A stretch of 64,000 nucleotides of DNA from positions 6,388,001-6,452,000 of the forward strand of contig CM119371.1 of the NCBI GenBank assembly GCA_051294905.1, in the 5' to 3' direction. The position numbers and the translations under genes were made by a program. Origin of the DNA: Botryllus schlosseri. Taxonomy: Eukaryota. Of the stretch, positions 63,598-64,000 are shown piece by piece (position 1 is the first letter of the stretch; each line of letters starts with the position of its first letter). Below the pieces are notes generated by a model. It searched no databases. It had not been told where the DNA came from and saw nothing but the letters and a program-made list of their open reading frames with translations.

Positions 63598-64000
63598 TAT
63601 CAATTATTATACTTTAAGCTAAACCTGAGTCACCAAGTATATACAATACATACAAACAGTAACTGGAAGAAACGCCACATGAAGCTCGCCACCAATTCTT
63701 CACCACATACATAATACGCACCGTAAAGAATTATTAAACCACTGCATAGCGGTATCCTACGTCTCGCTGTAATCCGATCAAAACGACAGCTAAACGTTTT
63801 CCACTATACGGAATATCGTTCCTGGAGCATTTAGCAAATCACGGCATCATCCTGTAACAATTCAAACGCGGCGACGAGCTCAAAAACTTCAACTCAAACT
63901 TGAGGGGTCTGCTACAGAGTATTTCAATCGCATTACTATAGCCTGCCTAATAGTACAAGACGGTAAAACAGCAGCTTAAACATAGCTGTCAACCTTCAAC

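Overview
Eukaryotic, probably invertebrate animal, AT-rich genomic DNA with short GT-AG introns; it is not prokaryotic. Four layers are visible. (1) A segmental duplication carries two C2H2 zinc-finger-only genes built from homogenised 84-bp units (4937-6631, open but clipped by a frameshift; about 18499-19679, pseudogene). (2) A tandem graveyard of Polo-like kinase 1 exons lies on the + strand from 24.5 to 59.6 kb. (3) There are many DNA transposons with readable ends and target-site duplications (TSDs): an apparently intact 4-exon P element (20407-24125), a decayed Kolobok element with a KolX/P2X7-ballast-like relic (7331-9864), several hAT elements and MITEs, a Sola2-like foldback element and a second decayed P element. 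(4) The stand-out feature is a 13,924-bp element (30547-44470) that is almost all palindrome: two arms of about 6.5 kb, nearly identical, around a 983-bp spacer. It has AGTAGT...ACTACT ends and a perfect 6-bp TSD (ACTACA), the Polinton/Maverick signature, yet no recognisable Polinton gene. I infer a non-autonomous, possibly copy-back (defective-interfering-like) Polinton derivative. All homology calls come from motif recognition by eye; no database searches were run.
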